A program made the position numbers and the translations under genes. From a virus, in IMG/VR virus record IMGVR_UViG_3300005573_000055, positions 64,001-128,000 of that record: a stretch of 64,000 nucleotides of DNA; one strand, given 5' to 3'. Positions 1-9,955 of this stretch are shown here, one piece after another. Under the pieces are notes generated by a model, which did not search any database, was not told where the DNA came from, and saw nothing but the letters and a program-made list of their open reading frames with translations. Position 1 is the stretch's first letter, and the number at the start of each line of letters is the position of its first letter.

Positions 1-85
1 TCTTATGCTTGGTTTTGACGTGAAGAATATCAACAAATCTGCGTTGATCTTCGTTGATATACATTATCAGGTCTTTAAGTATCAT
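1..85 (-). CDS. Partial hypothetical protein (runs off window start)
   Basis: ATG at 85 overlaps the ThiF stop (ATGA); frame MILKDLIMYINEDQRRF... is open to position 1. Confidence 0.6.
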   Translation of the reverse strand, partial: MILKDLIMYINEDQRRFVDILHVKTKHK

Positions 86-1233
86 GTTACACTTGCTGCT
101 ATGTTTTGCATCGCTTGTGATGACATATTTGAAAGAATGCTTTGCAGGGTTGTCTTTGGCTGACTGTTTAACTGAGCTAGTCTTTGTTTTTCTGCTTCAC
201 TTGTAAGAAAGACAGGTTCATTAATCTTAAATCTTCTTGTTTCACCAAACCTATTGAAGTAATAAACATCATACTCAAGCAAAGAACCAAGATAATCCAT
301 TGGCATTTGAGCAATACTCATCAGATTTACAAATTCCATCTTTGAAAGATTATCAATAAATGAGCCTTTTAAACCATACGTATAAAATATTTCTCTTAGA
401 TCAAACATTATCAAATATAGAATATTGAGTATCATGTTTGCAGCGGTTCTATTTATAGCTATACTTTGTGGTTTAGAGACAGCATTTTCTGCACATGATA
501 CTCTTGCAAGCTCTTCAGCTTCACGAAGCAGGCTTTCCTCTGTAAACAGTTCTGGCCATATAGTCTTCATACTTCTTGGTAATCCCAATTTTGGTCCTGT
601 AAGTATGATCTGCCCTTCCTTCTCGTCATTACCTGATGAAATTAGTAATACGTAGCTGCTATCATAAACACTTTCTATAAGACTGATAATACTATTACGC
701 ACTGTAAGATTATCAGTCGCATCAATTATTACCATAAAATCGCCATATGAATATCCAATGTCAAGCTCATTGCGTGAGGAGTCGACAAAGTTAATGTCTT
801 CAAACTTACAGACATGGGCCGATATTGGGAAACCTGATGCTATACTATAACGTTCTGCTAATACTTCTGCTTTTGGTTTGCCTATATCATTATAGATAAA
901 ATTCTGTCTTAGTATGTTCTTTTCTTCAACAATGTCTGGATCAACAATGTGTAAAAAGCAACTCATAGGAGGATTTGTTTGATCCTGCGTCTTTAAGAAG
1001 CTGTTGATCATCTGCACAAGACCGGGAATGACGTAGCCACCTGTGCCACCTGCACCTACAACAATGAATTTGAATCTTAGAAATCGATAGTTTCTTCCAC
1101 CTGTAACATCGTCAAAGTCACATATTTTATAATTGACAGTACGGTTTTGATCTATAGTAACCAAATATGGCATATAGATACGTAATTTCCCGTTTTCATA
1201 CTTAAGAAAAGAGTTGAATGTTGTATCTGTCAT
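82..1233 (-). CDS. E1-like/ThiF family activating enzyme (PRTRC ThiF-like)
   Basis: VVGAGGTGG nucleotide-binding loop; DPDIVEEKNILRQNF..DIGKPKAEVLAERY; IIDATDN; SCAE candidate catalytic Cys. Confidence 0.92.
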   Translation of the reverse strand: MTDTTFNSFLKYENGKLRIYMPYLVTIDQNRTVNYKICDFDDVTGGRNYRFLRFKFIVVGAGGTGGYVIPGLVQMINSFLKTQDQTNPPMSCFLHIVDPDIVEEKNILRQNFIYNDIGKPKAEVLAERYSIASGFPISAHVCKFEDINFVDSSRNELDIGYSYGDFMVIIDATDNLTVRNSIISLIESVYDSSYVLLISSGNDEKEGQIILTGPKLGLPRSMKTIWPELFTEESLLREAEELARVSCAENAVSKPQSIAINRTAANMILNILYLIMFDLREIFYTYGLKGSFIDNLSKMEFVNLMSIAQMPMDYLGSLLEYDVYYFNRFGETRRFKINEPVFLTSEAEKQRLAQLNSQPKTTLQSILSNMSSQAMQNIAASVT

Positions 1234-2213
1234 GGTTTACTGGCTCCATAAATTCTTTTATAAGAATCTAATATGCTTTCGATAGTTTTGTCTACACCTG
1301 GCTGCTTTGTTTCCTTCTTTTCACCTATGTATTTATTACTCTCAATGGTATTCGACACATCTTTACCATTAAGTCTTTTAGAACCAAAGAGACTGTCGTT
1401 GTCATCAAGGTCCCAATAATAATTTCCTTCATAATAATGACTTCCGTATTTTGAAACACCAAATTCGTCAGTAAAGCTATAACCATTATTCAAAGCTTTC
1501 TTCCAATCGCCAAATACAGATAAATCCGCCTTTCTTTCTTTGGTATCAAATATTGCACTGACAGGTAAGTTAACAAATTTTCCGCCAACATATGTTCTTG
1601 CAGAAATTGACGGTTCTTTGTTCATTATAGTACCAATAACCATGTAAATAATATTTTCTACATTGTGATCCCTATCATCAATGCCCGAGAAACTGCCCGT
1701 CATATTATGATGAGAATGTATCTCTATAGCATATTTATATTTCTCTTTCAAGCGAAAGATTTCCTGCATGGTCTCATCGTTAATATTGACAGATGCAGAA
1801 CTTACACGCTGTGGCATTACATAATAGTAAGGCTTATTATAGTCATTATCATTAAAGAAAAGATATACACACACTTCACTCGAATAGTGTTTATAGACTT
1901 CTCTAAAGAATTCAATTACATTGAAAAGCACTTCTTCAGGCAGTTTTGGTACATTGAGTTCAAAGGATTCATAAAGCTCGATGTTTATGCCCGGAAATAC
2001 GTAATCATACAACTTTACAGTAAACTTTCCTATTGAGTTAACTTTTCTTAAGAACATCCCGTTCTTAGCTATAATGAAAGCCTGCTTATCATCACTAGGA
2101 AGCTGGTCTATATAGTATTTATATTGATTGCGTAAGCCTTGAATTAATTCTGACATGGCTTGACTGTCAGTCTGTGTATTTACATACTGAGAATTTGATT
2201 TAGTGTTTAGCAT
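1230..2213 (-). CDS. JAB/MPN-family metalloprotease (PRTRC protein A-like deconjugase)
   Basis: SSEVC...PQRVSSASV...EIHSHHNMTGSFSGIDDRD (E...HxHx7SxxD JAB motif). Confidence 0.88.
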   Translation of the reverse strand: MLNTKSNSQYVNTQTDSQAMSELIQGLRNQYKYYIDQLPSDDKQAFIIAKNGMFLRKVNSIGKFTVKLYDYVFPGINIELYESFELNVPKLPEEVLFNVIEFFREVYKHYSSEVCVYLFFNDNDYNKPYYYVMPQRVSSASVNINDETMQEIFRLKEKYKYAIEIHSHHNMTGSFSGIDDRDHNVENIIYMVIGTIMNKEPSISARTYVGGKFVNLPVSAIFDTKERKADLSVFGDWKKALNNGYSFTDEFGVSKYGSHYYEGNYYWDLDDNDSLFGSKRLNGKDVSNTIESNKYIGEKKETKQPGVDKTIESILDSYKRIYGASKP

Positions 2214-2940
2214 ATAAATCTCCTAAAGTTATTTTACGTTTTGACGGCATTTTGGAAAGCCAATCATTTTCGCTACTGAATATTTTATCATGTGCATAGA
2301 TAAGGTCTCGTAGCGAGTCAGAGTTGAGATCAGTAGCACGCTGTGCTTCATGAATCATCCTAATGTTTCTTGTCACCATAGCTCCTAATGAATTGTCCCC
2401 CAATTCCATAGACACGGAGCCAAAACAAACTTTGCCATCATTATATATATTTGGCTGATAGCTTACAAGCAGTTGCGTATTTGGTCCACGATATTCATAC
2501 ATCATGTATGAATAGACCGTAATTGCACTTGCTTTTCTCTGTATGGAATCATACATCAAGTTAACTTGGTATAAATTATAAGGAATGTGAAGCTTAAGCG
2601 TTAGAGTCCCATTTTGACTGTCAAATATAGAAGCAAGATCAACATTTACTTCTTTAGCAAGATCTAATGCAGGTATTAAACCTACTCCTGTAACTCTGAG
2701 GTAATAAACGCTATTGTGGTTTGGAACGGCAACAAAGTAAGTATGATAATTGCCGTTTATATTTAAAGCTACAGTTCCCAACGGCAAGTCATAGACAAGC
2801 TCACTCTTTATGTTAAATATATCTTTGAGCTCATTAAAGGTCATTGGAAGCTTAACTACAGAAGGTTTGCCGAGGCTTTTGGTAAAATAATTAGCAACTA
2901 TAATGTCACTATATATGTCTAGTGAAATTATTTTATCCAT
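2200..2940 (-). CDS. Prokaryotic E2-like protein (PRTRC protein B-like)
   Basis: PNIYNDGKVCFG matches the E2 active-site PN(I/V)xxxGx(I/V)C motif; lies next to JAB and E1. Confidence 0.8.
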   Translation of the reverse strand: MDKIISLDIYSDIIVANYFTKSLGKPSVVKLPMTFNELKDIFNIKSELVYDLPLGTVALNINGNYHTYFVAVPNHNSVYYLRVTGVGLIPALDLAKEVNVDLASIFDSQNGTLTLKLHIPYNLYQVNLMYDSIQRKASAITVYSYMMYEYRGPNTQLLVSYQPNIYNDGKVCFGSVSMELGDNSLGAMVTRNIRMIHEAQRATDLNSDSLRDLIYAHDKIFSSENDWLSKMPSKRKITLGDLYAKH

Positions 2941-2949
2941 AGGTACTCC

Positions 2950-4632
2950 CTAAAAGTTTAAATAACTAATAAAGTCAAGTGCAACAAGTCCAGTAAGTAG
3001 CTTAGCTGAATTATCTGCTATTTTGTATAATATTTCTTCTGAGCGGCTGGCTGCATAGATAGCTTGACTGATATAATCGGCAGTTACAGAAGTGGATAAG
3101 TCAATAATAAAAGGAGGATGAGAGACAAATCCTTCATAACATGTTGCACCATAGCTTTTAATATTATAAGTATTGTATTTGCTTTTGTAGTCTTTACTCA
3201 TCCATGGAGCCAATTGAATCGAAGTGTATTCACTTTTACATACTATCTCTCTTATTGGTAGAAACGAATTAATTTCTGAGATAAGTAGTCTTACAAACAT
3301 GGAGTGATTACCATTATTAGATATTATATCGTCACCAACTACACGGCGAGTAATTTTAGTTACTTTTTCTGTGATCATAAGCGGTGGTATGTTCTCCATG
3401 ATCCCAAGAGCTGGTTTTTTCGAATCTAGCAGTGCCATATATGAATGTATTTTATGAATAACTAAAGCAGCTGCCAAATATGAATGCAAAATGCTTACTG
3501 CCATATATTTGATAAAGTTTGGGTATAAGAATTCTTCACCTGTACCGCTTTTGGCAAGCTTCATTGCAAGTATTTTCAAGTTTTTAATATTAAGAGAGCC
3601 ATCATTGTAGAATATAGCACCAAGACTTTCGTTTAGAAGTCTTAATATCATATAAAACTTTGCCATCGGGTGTATATTCAGCGATAAAACATGACTTACA
3701 GTGTTACTGAATATCTCTTTGCCGAATACTGCCATATATAAAAGCAGTACCTTGCCCATTGATGCACCAACATAAGTTGGCATCGTAAGTGGAGTATCTT
3801 TATCTTGAAATTTACAGTAATCAGGATAATTGCTATAAAATGCTTCAATCAGTTTGTGCGTGTTGCTGATTCTTATTTTTTTAGCATTGTCCAAATAATT
3901 AGCCATATATCTAATGGCAGGTCTATAATAATCACCAAGCGCTTCCATAAATTCTGAAGCATTGTCATATATAGCTGTATACGGAAATTCGTACATATGC
4001 GAGTAAGCATATATATTATCGATACAACCATAAGCGGGAAATAATGTGCTATATGGTACTTTGATATTACATCCTTCCTTTGCTAAAAATTCTTCAAAAT
4101 GGGAAGCTGCTAAGCTGTGTTCAAAATTAGATTCATTAATTATAACCTTCACCAATTTCACTATAGCCGAATCAGGTATTGGAAATAAAGCTTTCTCTTC
4201 GTTTGAGCAGACTTCCGTTTCCTTTTCTATAGTTTTTATTATATGATATAGGAAAAACACGTTCTCGTCAAATATTTCTGCATGATAGACTAAGTTGTTA
4301 AACTTGTATTTTAGCAATAGCCTTTTTTTGTCATCATGTTTGTAGTATCCATAAACTGCGGTATCTTTGAGATTGTCTTCTATCTTCTTTAGAACAATGG
4401 CTTCAAGGCCTGCTATATAAGTGTCAGTAAATCTATCCCATTGCTTCTGTTTCTTAAACAGCCGTCCCTTTTCTGGATAACTTACGTTTATAGAATTAAT
4501 AGATTTCTTGACAGAACTATCATACAATTTTAATCTTCTGAAATTATCCGCATTGCGCAGTACATAACTTGTATTGAGTAGAGCTATAAGCTCACTGCAA
4601 TTATTTATTTTCATTAAGTTTTCCATACACAC
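2950..4632 (-). CDS. Hypothetical protein in Ubl cassette (position of PRTRC protein F; possible target or E3-like factor)
   Basis: 560-aa ORF in the operon between Ubl and E2; no recognisable motif. Confidence 0.6.
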   Translation of the reverse strand: MCMENLMKINNCSELIALLNTSYVLRNADNFRRLKLYDSSVKKSINSINVSYPEKGRLFKKQKQWDRFTDTYIAGLEAIVLKKIEDNLKDTAVYGYYKHDDKKRLLLKYKFNNLVYHAEIFDENVFFLYHIIKTIEKETEVCSNEEKALFPIPDSAIVKLVKVIINESNFEHSLAASHFEEFLAKEGCNIKVPYSTLFPAYGCIDNIYAYSHMYEFPYTAIYDNASEFMEALGDYYRPAIRYMANYLDNAKKIRISNTHKLIEAFYSNYPDYCKFQDKDTPLTMPTYVGASMGKVLLLYMAVFGKEIFSNTVSHVLSLNIHPMAKFYMILRLLNESLGAIFYNDGSLNIKNLKILAMKLAKSGTGEEFLYPNFIKYMAVSILHSYLAAALVIHKIHSYMALLDSKKPALGIMENIPPLMITEKVTKITRRVVGDDIISNNGNHSMFVRLLISEINSFLPIREIVCKSEYTSIQLAPWMSKDYKSKYNTYNIKSYGATCYEGFVSHPPFIIDLSTSVTADYISQAIYAASRSEEILYKIADNSAKLLTGLVALDFISYLNF

Positions 4633-4643
4633 ACTCTTATTGG

Positions 4644-5105
4644 TTAGAAGTAACTCACAGATGTTGATGCTGATGGTCTATTCATCTTACTTAGTATAAT
4701 CTTCTTGAACTCTATCTTGTTGTAATTTGTCTTAGATACAATGTCATATTTTTCTTTCAAGTATTCAAGGATGGCTATCTGCTTTTCATCTAATATGCCT
4801 TTTCTCAAAATATATTCCCTTAACGCAGGAGATAAAGTCATTCCTATTTGAGATATTAGTGTACCTTTTATGTCTTCTGAATAACTAACACTATATAGAT
4901 AGCTAAACAGAAAGTTGATATATATGTAGTTTAGCAGGTCTCTTTGAGCTTTTTCATCAAGCTTTAATACATCTTTTACAGTAAACATATATGTCATAGC
5001 TTGAAAGATAAGATCTGACTCAATTTCTTTGAACATCATTTTAGCTGTATCATCTGACAGATTTTCAATTTTCTCTACAATTTGTTTGAGTATATTACCG
5101 TTCAT
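4644..5105 (-). CDS. Hypothetical helical protein in Ubl cassette
   Basis: 153-aa ORF with RBS, co-oriented. Confidence 0.65.
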   Translation of the reverse strand: MNGNILKQIVEKIENLSDDTAKMMFKEIESDLIFQAMTYMFTVKDVLKLDEKAQRDLLNYIYINFLFSYLYSVSYSEDIKGTLISQIGMTLSPALREYILRKGILDEKQIAILEYLKEKYDIVSKTNYNKIEFKKIILSKMNRPSASTSVSYF

Positions 5106-5177
5106 AGCAGCTCCTACATATTAAAATAAAGCACATTGGCATCCCGCCAACGTGCTATGAATAATTAAATCCTTTAA

Positions 5178-5366
5178 TTAACCTAATGTCTTCCCGGCTT
5201 TATAGAACATTACTTTGACCACATTATTTTCTTCATTGATTGTGCAGCTGTAATTATCAATTTCTGGGAAGCCATTTTGTTTTAAGACTTCTCTAATTTG
5301 ACTTTCAGGTAAGGTTCCGTTAAAATCTACTATGCGCTCACCGTTGATATAAACAGTTGTAGTCAT
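5178..5366 (-). CDS. Ubiquitin-like small protein (PRTRC protein C-like)
   Basis: 62 aa, beta-grasp-like pattern, ends ...VMFYKAGKTLG with a terminal Gly; upstream of E2/JAB/E1. Confidence 0.8.
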   Translation of the reverse strand: MTTTVYINGERIVDFNGTLPESQIREVLKQNGFPEIDNYSCTINEENNVVKVMFYKAGKTLG

Positions 5367-5397
5367 ATGTTATTTCTCCCTTTTTTGTTAAAAGTTA

Positions 5398-5931
5398 CTA
5401 AAAGTTATTATTTAAACGTTCTTTGAGCTGTTCAGCTATTTGCTGCTTTATACTGTCATACTCACTTTGAGTGCTAGAAGAAGCATCAGTTTTAATTTCT
5501 ATATTGCTTTCTTCTGGAAGCGTATCGGCTTCTTCTTGAAGTTTATCATTATCATCTTCTTTGCTGTCACTTTCTGCTGCTTTTGCTCGTAACTCTAAAG
5601 AAAGCTTTAAAGCATTATATAAATCGCTTTCACCACTGGTAGCAGCAGGCTCTGAAACTTCTTCTTCTTCGCTTTTGTCTTCATCTGCAAATTCATCTTC
5701 ATCTTCTTCAAAGTTATCATCTTCATAAATATCTTCTTCTTGCACCTGAGATACTTGACTAGAAGCTGCTTGTGCTTGGGATGCTTGACTAAGAGCTGCT
5801 TTAAGCTGTAAAGCTTTTTTGAGCTTGTCAGCATCAAGCTTATCTTGTGGCTCTGGGCCTTGAGGTTGATGTTCTGCAAATGTCGAGTTTTCGTAGATAA
5901 AGACATTTGCATTTGCAATGTTTACTATCAT
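5398..5931 (-). CDS. Acidic low-complexity protein (PRTRC protein E-like position)
   Basis: E/D-rich 177 aa; first gene of the cassette; LKxALxL(K/R)A-like motif occurs twice. Confidence 0.6.
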   Translation of the reverse strand: MIVNIANANVFIYENSTFAEHQPQGPEPQDKLDADKLKKALQLKAALSQASQAQAASSQVSQVQEEDIYEDDNFEEDEDEFADEDKSEEEEVSEPAATSGESDLYNALKLSLELRAKAAESDSKEDDNDKLQEEADTLPEESNIEIKTDASSSTQSEYDSIKQQIAEQLKERLNNNF

Positions 5932-6005
5932 AAGATCTCCCTATTTAGTTTTTACTTAGTTAAATGACTATCTATGCTTGAGAACTGTAGCTTTCTAAAC
6001 ACATA

Positions 6006-6030
6006 AAAACCTTTTATTCTACTAATTAAT
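6006..6030 (-). promoter_or_regulatory. Conserved 25-bp promoter-like motif, copy 1
   Basis: ATTAATTAGTAGAATAAAAGGTTTT, identical to 17711-17735; contains a TAGAAT -10-like box; intergenic, upstream of leftward genes. Confidence 0.65.
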
Positions 6031-6072
6031 GAACACCAAAGAGGATCATTAAGCAGTGTTTTATACCTAACT

Positions 6073-9000
6073 CTACAAAGTCTGCTGCATAGATAATAAA
6101 CACAATACATTGTCAATGAACTCTGATGAAAGTCTATAATATGATATATCTTTGTAGACATCACGGTTTAGGTACAAATTAGCAAGATTCTGCATGCTGC
6201 TTTCCCAGATATCGTCGTTTTTGCTTAGAATAGACATATCCTTGCCATTTGGCAATGTTGATATAATGGAAAACATACGGTTTTTCTGAGCAAGCTTTGC
6301 AACCTTTAGGAATTTCTTAATCATATCAGCACTGATAGAATGATTAGCATACAGATCCTGTGCAACTTCTTTATAGTTAAAGTATGGCAAGTAGTATTTT
6401 GAAAACGCAGAAGAGCCTGAGTCATTATGCTTGATACCTCGAATTACATAATCTTGAACTATTTTGCTATAGAGAAATTGCACATAAAGCATCTCATCGT
6501 AAGTCAGTTCTCCATTGAGATAAGCAAACTCGCTTGCGGCATTGAACTTCCAAAGAGACGATGTAGCTTTACCAACATCTGCTTTCGCAATTACAGCATT
6601 TGTAAATGTATTTACAAACCATGACTTTTCAATTATGTGAAACTTAAATTTAGCATTGTGGTCAAATGCTTTGGCAAGCTCATCGTTGAGATAGCTGTCT
6701 GTCCACTCCTGCTCATAGTTCTTTAATTTGTAATTATTCTCTTTGTAGTATCTATCTAATCTTTGTTGAATTTCTTTGTCAAAGATTATACATACTGGAT
6801 AGAGGTCTCCATCGCAGTCCGATTGATCAAGCAATATATCATATGGTGATCTTAAGACACATCCTTCGATAGAATAGATATCAATATATTTACTTAGACT
6901 GATACCTTGTGCTTTGATATGCTTTTCAAATTGTCTGCGTGTCCATACTTGTTTTACTTGAAATTGATGTCTCCAGATAACAGGATTTCTAACGCCTATT
7001 TCATAGATAGGCATATCTTCATTTTCGGCACGAAATGCAACAATCTTTTTTTCAAGCTCTTTATCTATAACAACAGAAATACCTTGCGGTATAAAAGCGC
7101 ATAACATTTGCTTAAAGTAGCCACCATATCCATTTACCGCTACTGCTGAGGCAAGGTATCCATGCTTTTCAAATAGTTTGAATATTATTCTCTTCTTGAG
7201 AATTTCATTGATAATTGTGATTCTGTCGTATAGAGTATTTTCATCAATTGATCTTTTAACATAGTCTCGCAAGTTTCGGTATATCATGCCAATTTGAACA
7301 GCAAAGTCGTTAATCACATAGATACTGTTTATTCCAAAAGAAATAGCAACGTTAGATATCATTCTTAGAGATGGCAGTTTAATATATCTACTGCCCACCT
7401 TAAGTGTTAAACCATTAGGAAAGAGTTTAATAATTTTGTTGTTTAAGAACTCACTGGGATTTTTAGCTATCATGATATTCATTTCAAGAAGCATAGCACG
7501 AATCTCTGAGCTTTCAATACTTACAGCATTGTCTATGTCTTCTTGACTAACAACAAAGTAGCTTATAATTTCGCGCAAGAACTGCTGTGAATAAGCATCA
7601 GAGTATTTATCAAGGAGCTTATAGGTAATTTCTTCAAGATCAGCGTTGTTCGATGTAAGCATTATCTTTAAGGTCTCAGGCATAATACGTATAAAGTCGG
7701 TCTTATAGTCAGCTGAGAGTTCTGTAACACCAAAGGTTACGTATCCGCAGTAGACATCATAGACTTTTCCGTTGTAATGCCATTTGACCATTCTTAGATC
7801 GCTGCATAAAGCTTCTATGTCGTCTTCACTTAGTGAACTTGGATCTATGTAAGTATGAGTTTCCTTTAGAACATTTTTAAGCGCTATCCATGAGAGTTTA
7901 AGACCATTGTTTAAGCTTTTCATGGATACAGGGCCTAATACCATACTTACAGGAAACCTGTTGTCTTCCCCTTCTTCAAGAATATCTTCAGGTAATTCTA
8001 CATAGCCTAAATTTCTATATGGAATAGTAACACCTTTAAGGCCGATTTCGTTGATAATTCTTGATACACCAATGCCAGTTTTAATTTGAAGCGTGATTTT
8101 GTATAAATCATCCTGCAGTTCTACAGATTGAATTACAGCACCAGGATACTTAAAGTTATATATAAGCTCATTTTCCCCGTTATAGTTTATTGCAATTGGA
8201 TCTCCGGGTTTAAGAATTGTTCCAACTGGCATTACGTAGACATCTTTTTTGCAAAGAAGTACTCTTGATGAATAAACTTGTCTTTCAGAGAGTTCTTTGC
8301 TGATAGGTATTTCTCCCCCAATAAGGGAATATTTGCCAAATGGGCTGTCTTCTTTATCCCCGATGTTTAGAAATATGCAAAGCGCACCAATTTTCTCGGC
8401 TGGATAATCCTCTGGCATAAGAGGATCTTTTTCTGGCATTACAGGACGTTTATATTCAGACGTAATATGCTGACGGAGTCTTTCTGGAATATTGGATTTT
8501 TTTGGGAATATGGTTATTATCTTTTCAGAGTCTCTATAGAATCCTGGAGCTTTATATTCATCGTGCTCTTTACAGAATATACCTTCTGCCGCCGATGTTA
8601 CAGATATGAGATTGCTAAATTTATCAATAATACTTCTAAGTTTCTTCTTAGCACGTATAACATTACCGTAAAGCAAGGCATCTCCTATATACTCATAATA
8701 GATGTTGTCTTTCTCACTAACAAATGGATTAATGACAAATACTCGGTTGTTTATCTTAGCAGCATTGTTTCTTGTCCAGATATCAGCTTTGTACTGAAGC
8801 TCATTTATTCTGGAAATATAGTGTCTGAGTCTTGATATGATATTGTAATCTGAGTTTGAATGACTTCTGTAGAACTTGTAAAGTGTATCATAAATTACAA
8901 GTCTATAGAACTGTTTAAGATTAAACTCTTTCTCTGAGATGTCATATATGTAAATGTATGGATACTCAGATACAACATCTTTAGGTATATCAACGTATAT

Positions 9001-9195
9001 ATCTGTAAAGCTTATTCTTATAGAAGAGCTATTTTCATCAGAATCGATAAAGAATGAATCGATGTTGTAGTTAAATACATCGAAGATTTCTTCGATGCTT
9101 TTATCTATATACAGCTCATAATTAGCAGGAAAGAATGTATTTGCTTTATAGTTCTGGTCTAATTGAGTTAATGTGCTGTTGATATTCTCGTTCAT
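6073..9195 (-). CDS. Single-chain two-barrel DNA-dependent RNA polymerase (beta/beta' fusion type)
   Basis: Beta-like: VGTILKPGDPIA, SRIINEIGLKGV, PVSMVLGP, VYCGYV. Beta'-like: GVRNPVIWRH and catalytic QSDCDGDLY (DxDGD). Confidence 0.85.
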   Translation of the reverse strand: MNENINSTLTQLDQNYKANTFFPANYELYIDKSIEEIFDVFNYNIDSFFIDSDENSSSIRISFTDIYVDIPKDVVSEYPYIYIYDISEKEFNLKQFYRLVIYDTLYKFYRSHSNSDYNIISRLRHYISRINELQYKADIWTRNNAAKINNRVFVINPFVSEKDNIYYEYIGDALLYGNVIRAKKKLRSIIDKFSNLISVTSAAEGIFCKEHDEYKAPGFYRDSEKIITIFPKKSNIPERLRQHITSEYKRPVMPEKDPLMPEDYPAEKIGALCIFLNIGDKEDSPFGKYSLIGGEIPISKELSERQVYSSRVLLCKKDVYVMPVGTILKPGDPIAINYNGENELIYNFKYPGAVIQSVELQDDLYKITLQIKTGIGVSRIINEIGLKGVTIPYRNLGYVELPEDILEEGEDNRFPVSMVLGPVSMKSLNNGLKLSWIALKNVLKETHTYIDPSSLSEDDIEALCSDLRMVKWHYNGKVYDVYCGYVTFGVTELSADYKTDFIRIMPETLKIMLTSNNADLEEITYKLLDKYSDAYSQQFLREIISYFVVSQEDIDNAVSIESSEIRAMLLEMNIMIAKNPSEFLNNKIIKLFPNGLTLKVGSRYIKLPSLRMISNVAISFGINSIYVINDFAVQIGMIYRNLRDYVKRSIDENTLYDRITIINEILKKRIIFKLFEKHGYLASAVAVNGYGGYFKQMLCAFIPQGISVVIDKELEKKIVAFRAENEDMPIYEIGVRNPVIWRHQFQVKQVWTRRQFEKHIKAQGISLSKYIDIYSIEGCVLRSPYDILLDQSDCDGDLYPVCIIFDKEIQQRLDRYYKENNYKLKNYEQEWTDSYLNDELAKAFDHNAKFKFHIIEKSWFVNTFTNAVIAKADVGKATSSLWKFNAASEFAYLNGELTYDEMLYVQFLYSKIVQDYVIRGIKHNDSGSSAFSKYYLPYFNYKEVAQDLYANHSISADMIKKFLKVAKLAQKNRMFSIISTLPNGKDMSILSKNDDIWESSMQNLANLYLNRDVYKDISYYRLSSEFIDNVLCLLSMQQTL

Positions 9196-9664
9196 TGATG
9201 ACTTCCTTCAGTAAGTTTATGCTATTAAGAATACTTTGCCTTAGTGTGCCGTTGTAGATTGAATGTACTATAACTGAAGACTTTGACAGGTTATAGGAAC
9301 CATAAATATATTTATTAATCAGCCTGAAATACTTGTCGTGCTTTCCTGAAAGCACAAAGGCACCAAGCATCAATGTTGGTTCAGATACTTTTCTAAATGT
9401 CCATGTCAATGTAGTTTTGATTAGTGAAGCAGTATATCCTGGCAGAAGATATAAATTACCGATAGATTGATTATCTACAGTATCCCTTACTGGAGATATA
9501 ATTATAGGAATACATGGCAGCACTGGCTTTACGTTTGCACTTCCATCTTTGTTTGTAACAGCGGTGGAGAATTCGATGAAGTCTTTGACAAGCTCAAAAG
9601 ACTTATTACCAAGGATGATTTTAGTTTCCTTGTAGGTTATAATTTCATTGAATTCTTTGTTCAT
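9146..9664 (-). CDS. Hypothetical protein overlapping the RNAP start (possible accessory subunit)
   Basis: 172-aa ORF with RBS; overlaps the RNAP gene. Confidence 0.6.
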   Translation of the reverse strand: MNKEFNEIITYKETKIILGNKSFELVKDFIEFSTAVTNKDGSANVKPVLPCIPIIISPVRDTVDNQSIGNLYLLPGYTASLIKTTLTWTFRKVSEPTLMLGAFVLSGKHDKYFRLINKYIYGSYNLSKSSVIVHSIYNGTLRQSILNSINLLKEVINEREYQQHINSIRPEL

Positions 9665-9752
9665 TTGATTCTCCTATGATATAACTTAATGCTTTTTAAG
9701 TGCTGGCATAGGCTTGGTATGCCAGCTACAGTAGACCAGCAGGCTTTTGCAT

Positions 9753-9938
9753 TTAGAAGCTGCTAATTGCTCCTAACAATCCAGCCATTGTTAGAAACAA
9801 TCTTCCAATCAGATACAGAAGACGTCCTGCGCCAGCACTAAACAGAAGTATTATTCCCATAAGTATTAGTGCTGCAATCAAGGTTAGTCTTTCTGCACTG
9901 CCTTGGAGTCTTCTAAATACAGCTATTGCTTGTTGCAT
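9753..9938 (-). CDS. Small membrane protein
   Basis: Two hydrophobic segments; GGAGG RBS. Confidence 0.55.
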   Translation of the reverse strand: MQQAIAVFRRLQGSAERLTLIAALILMGIILLFSAGAGRLLYLIGRLFLTMAGLLGAISSF

Positions 9939-9955
9939 ATATCCTCCTGCTGGGT

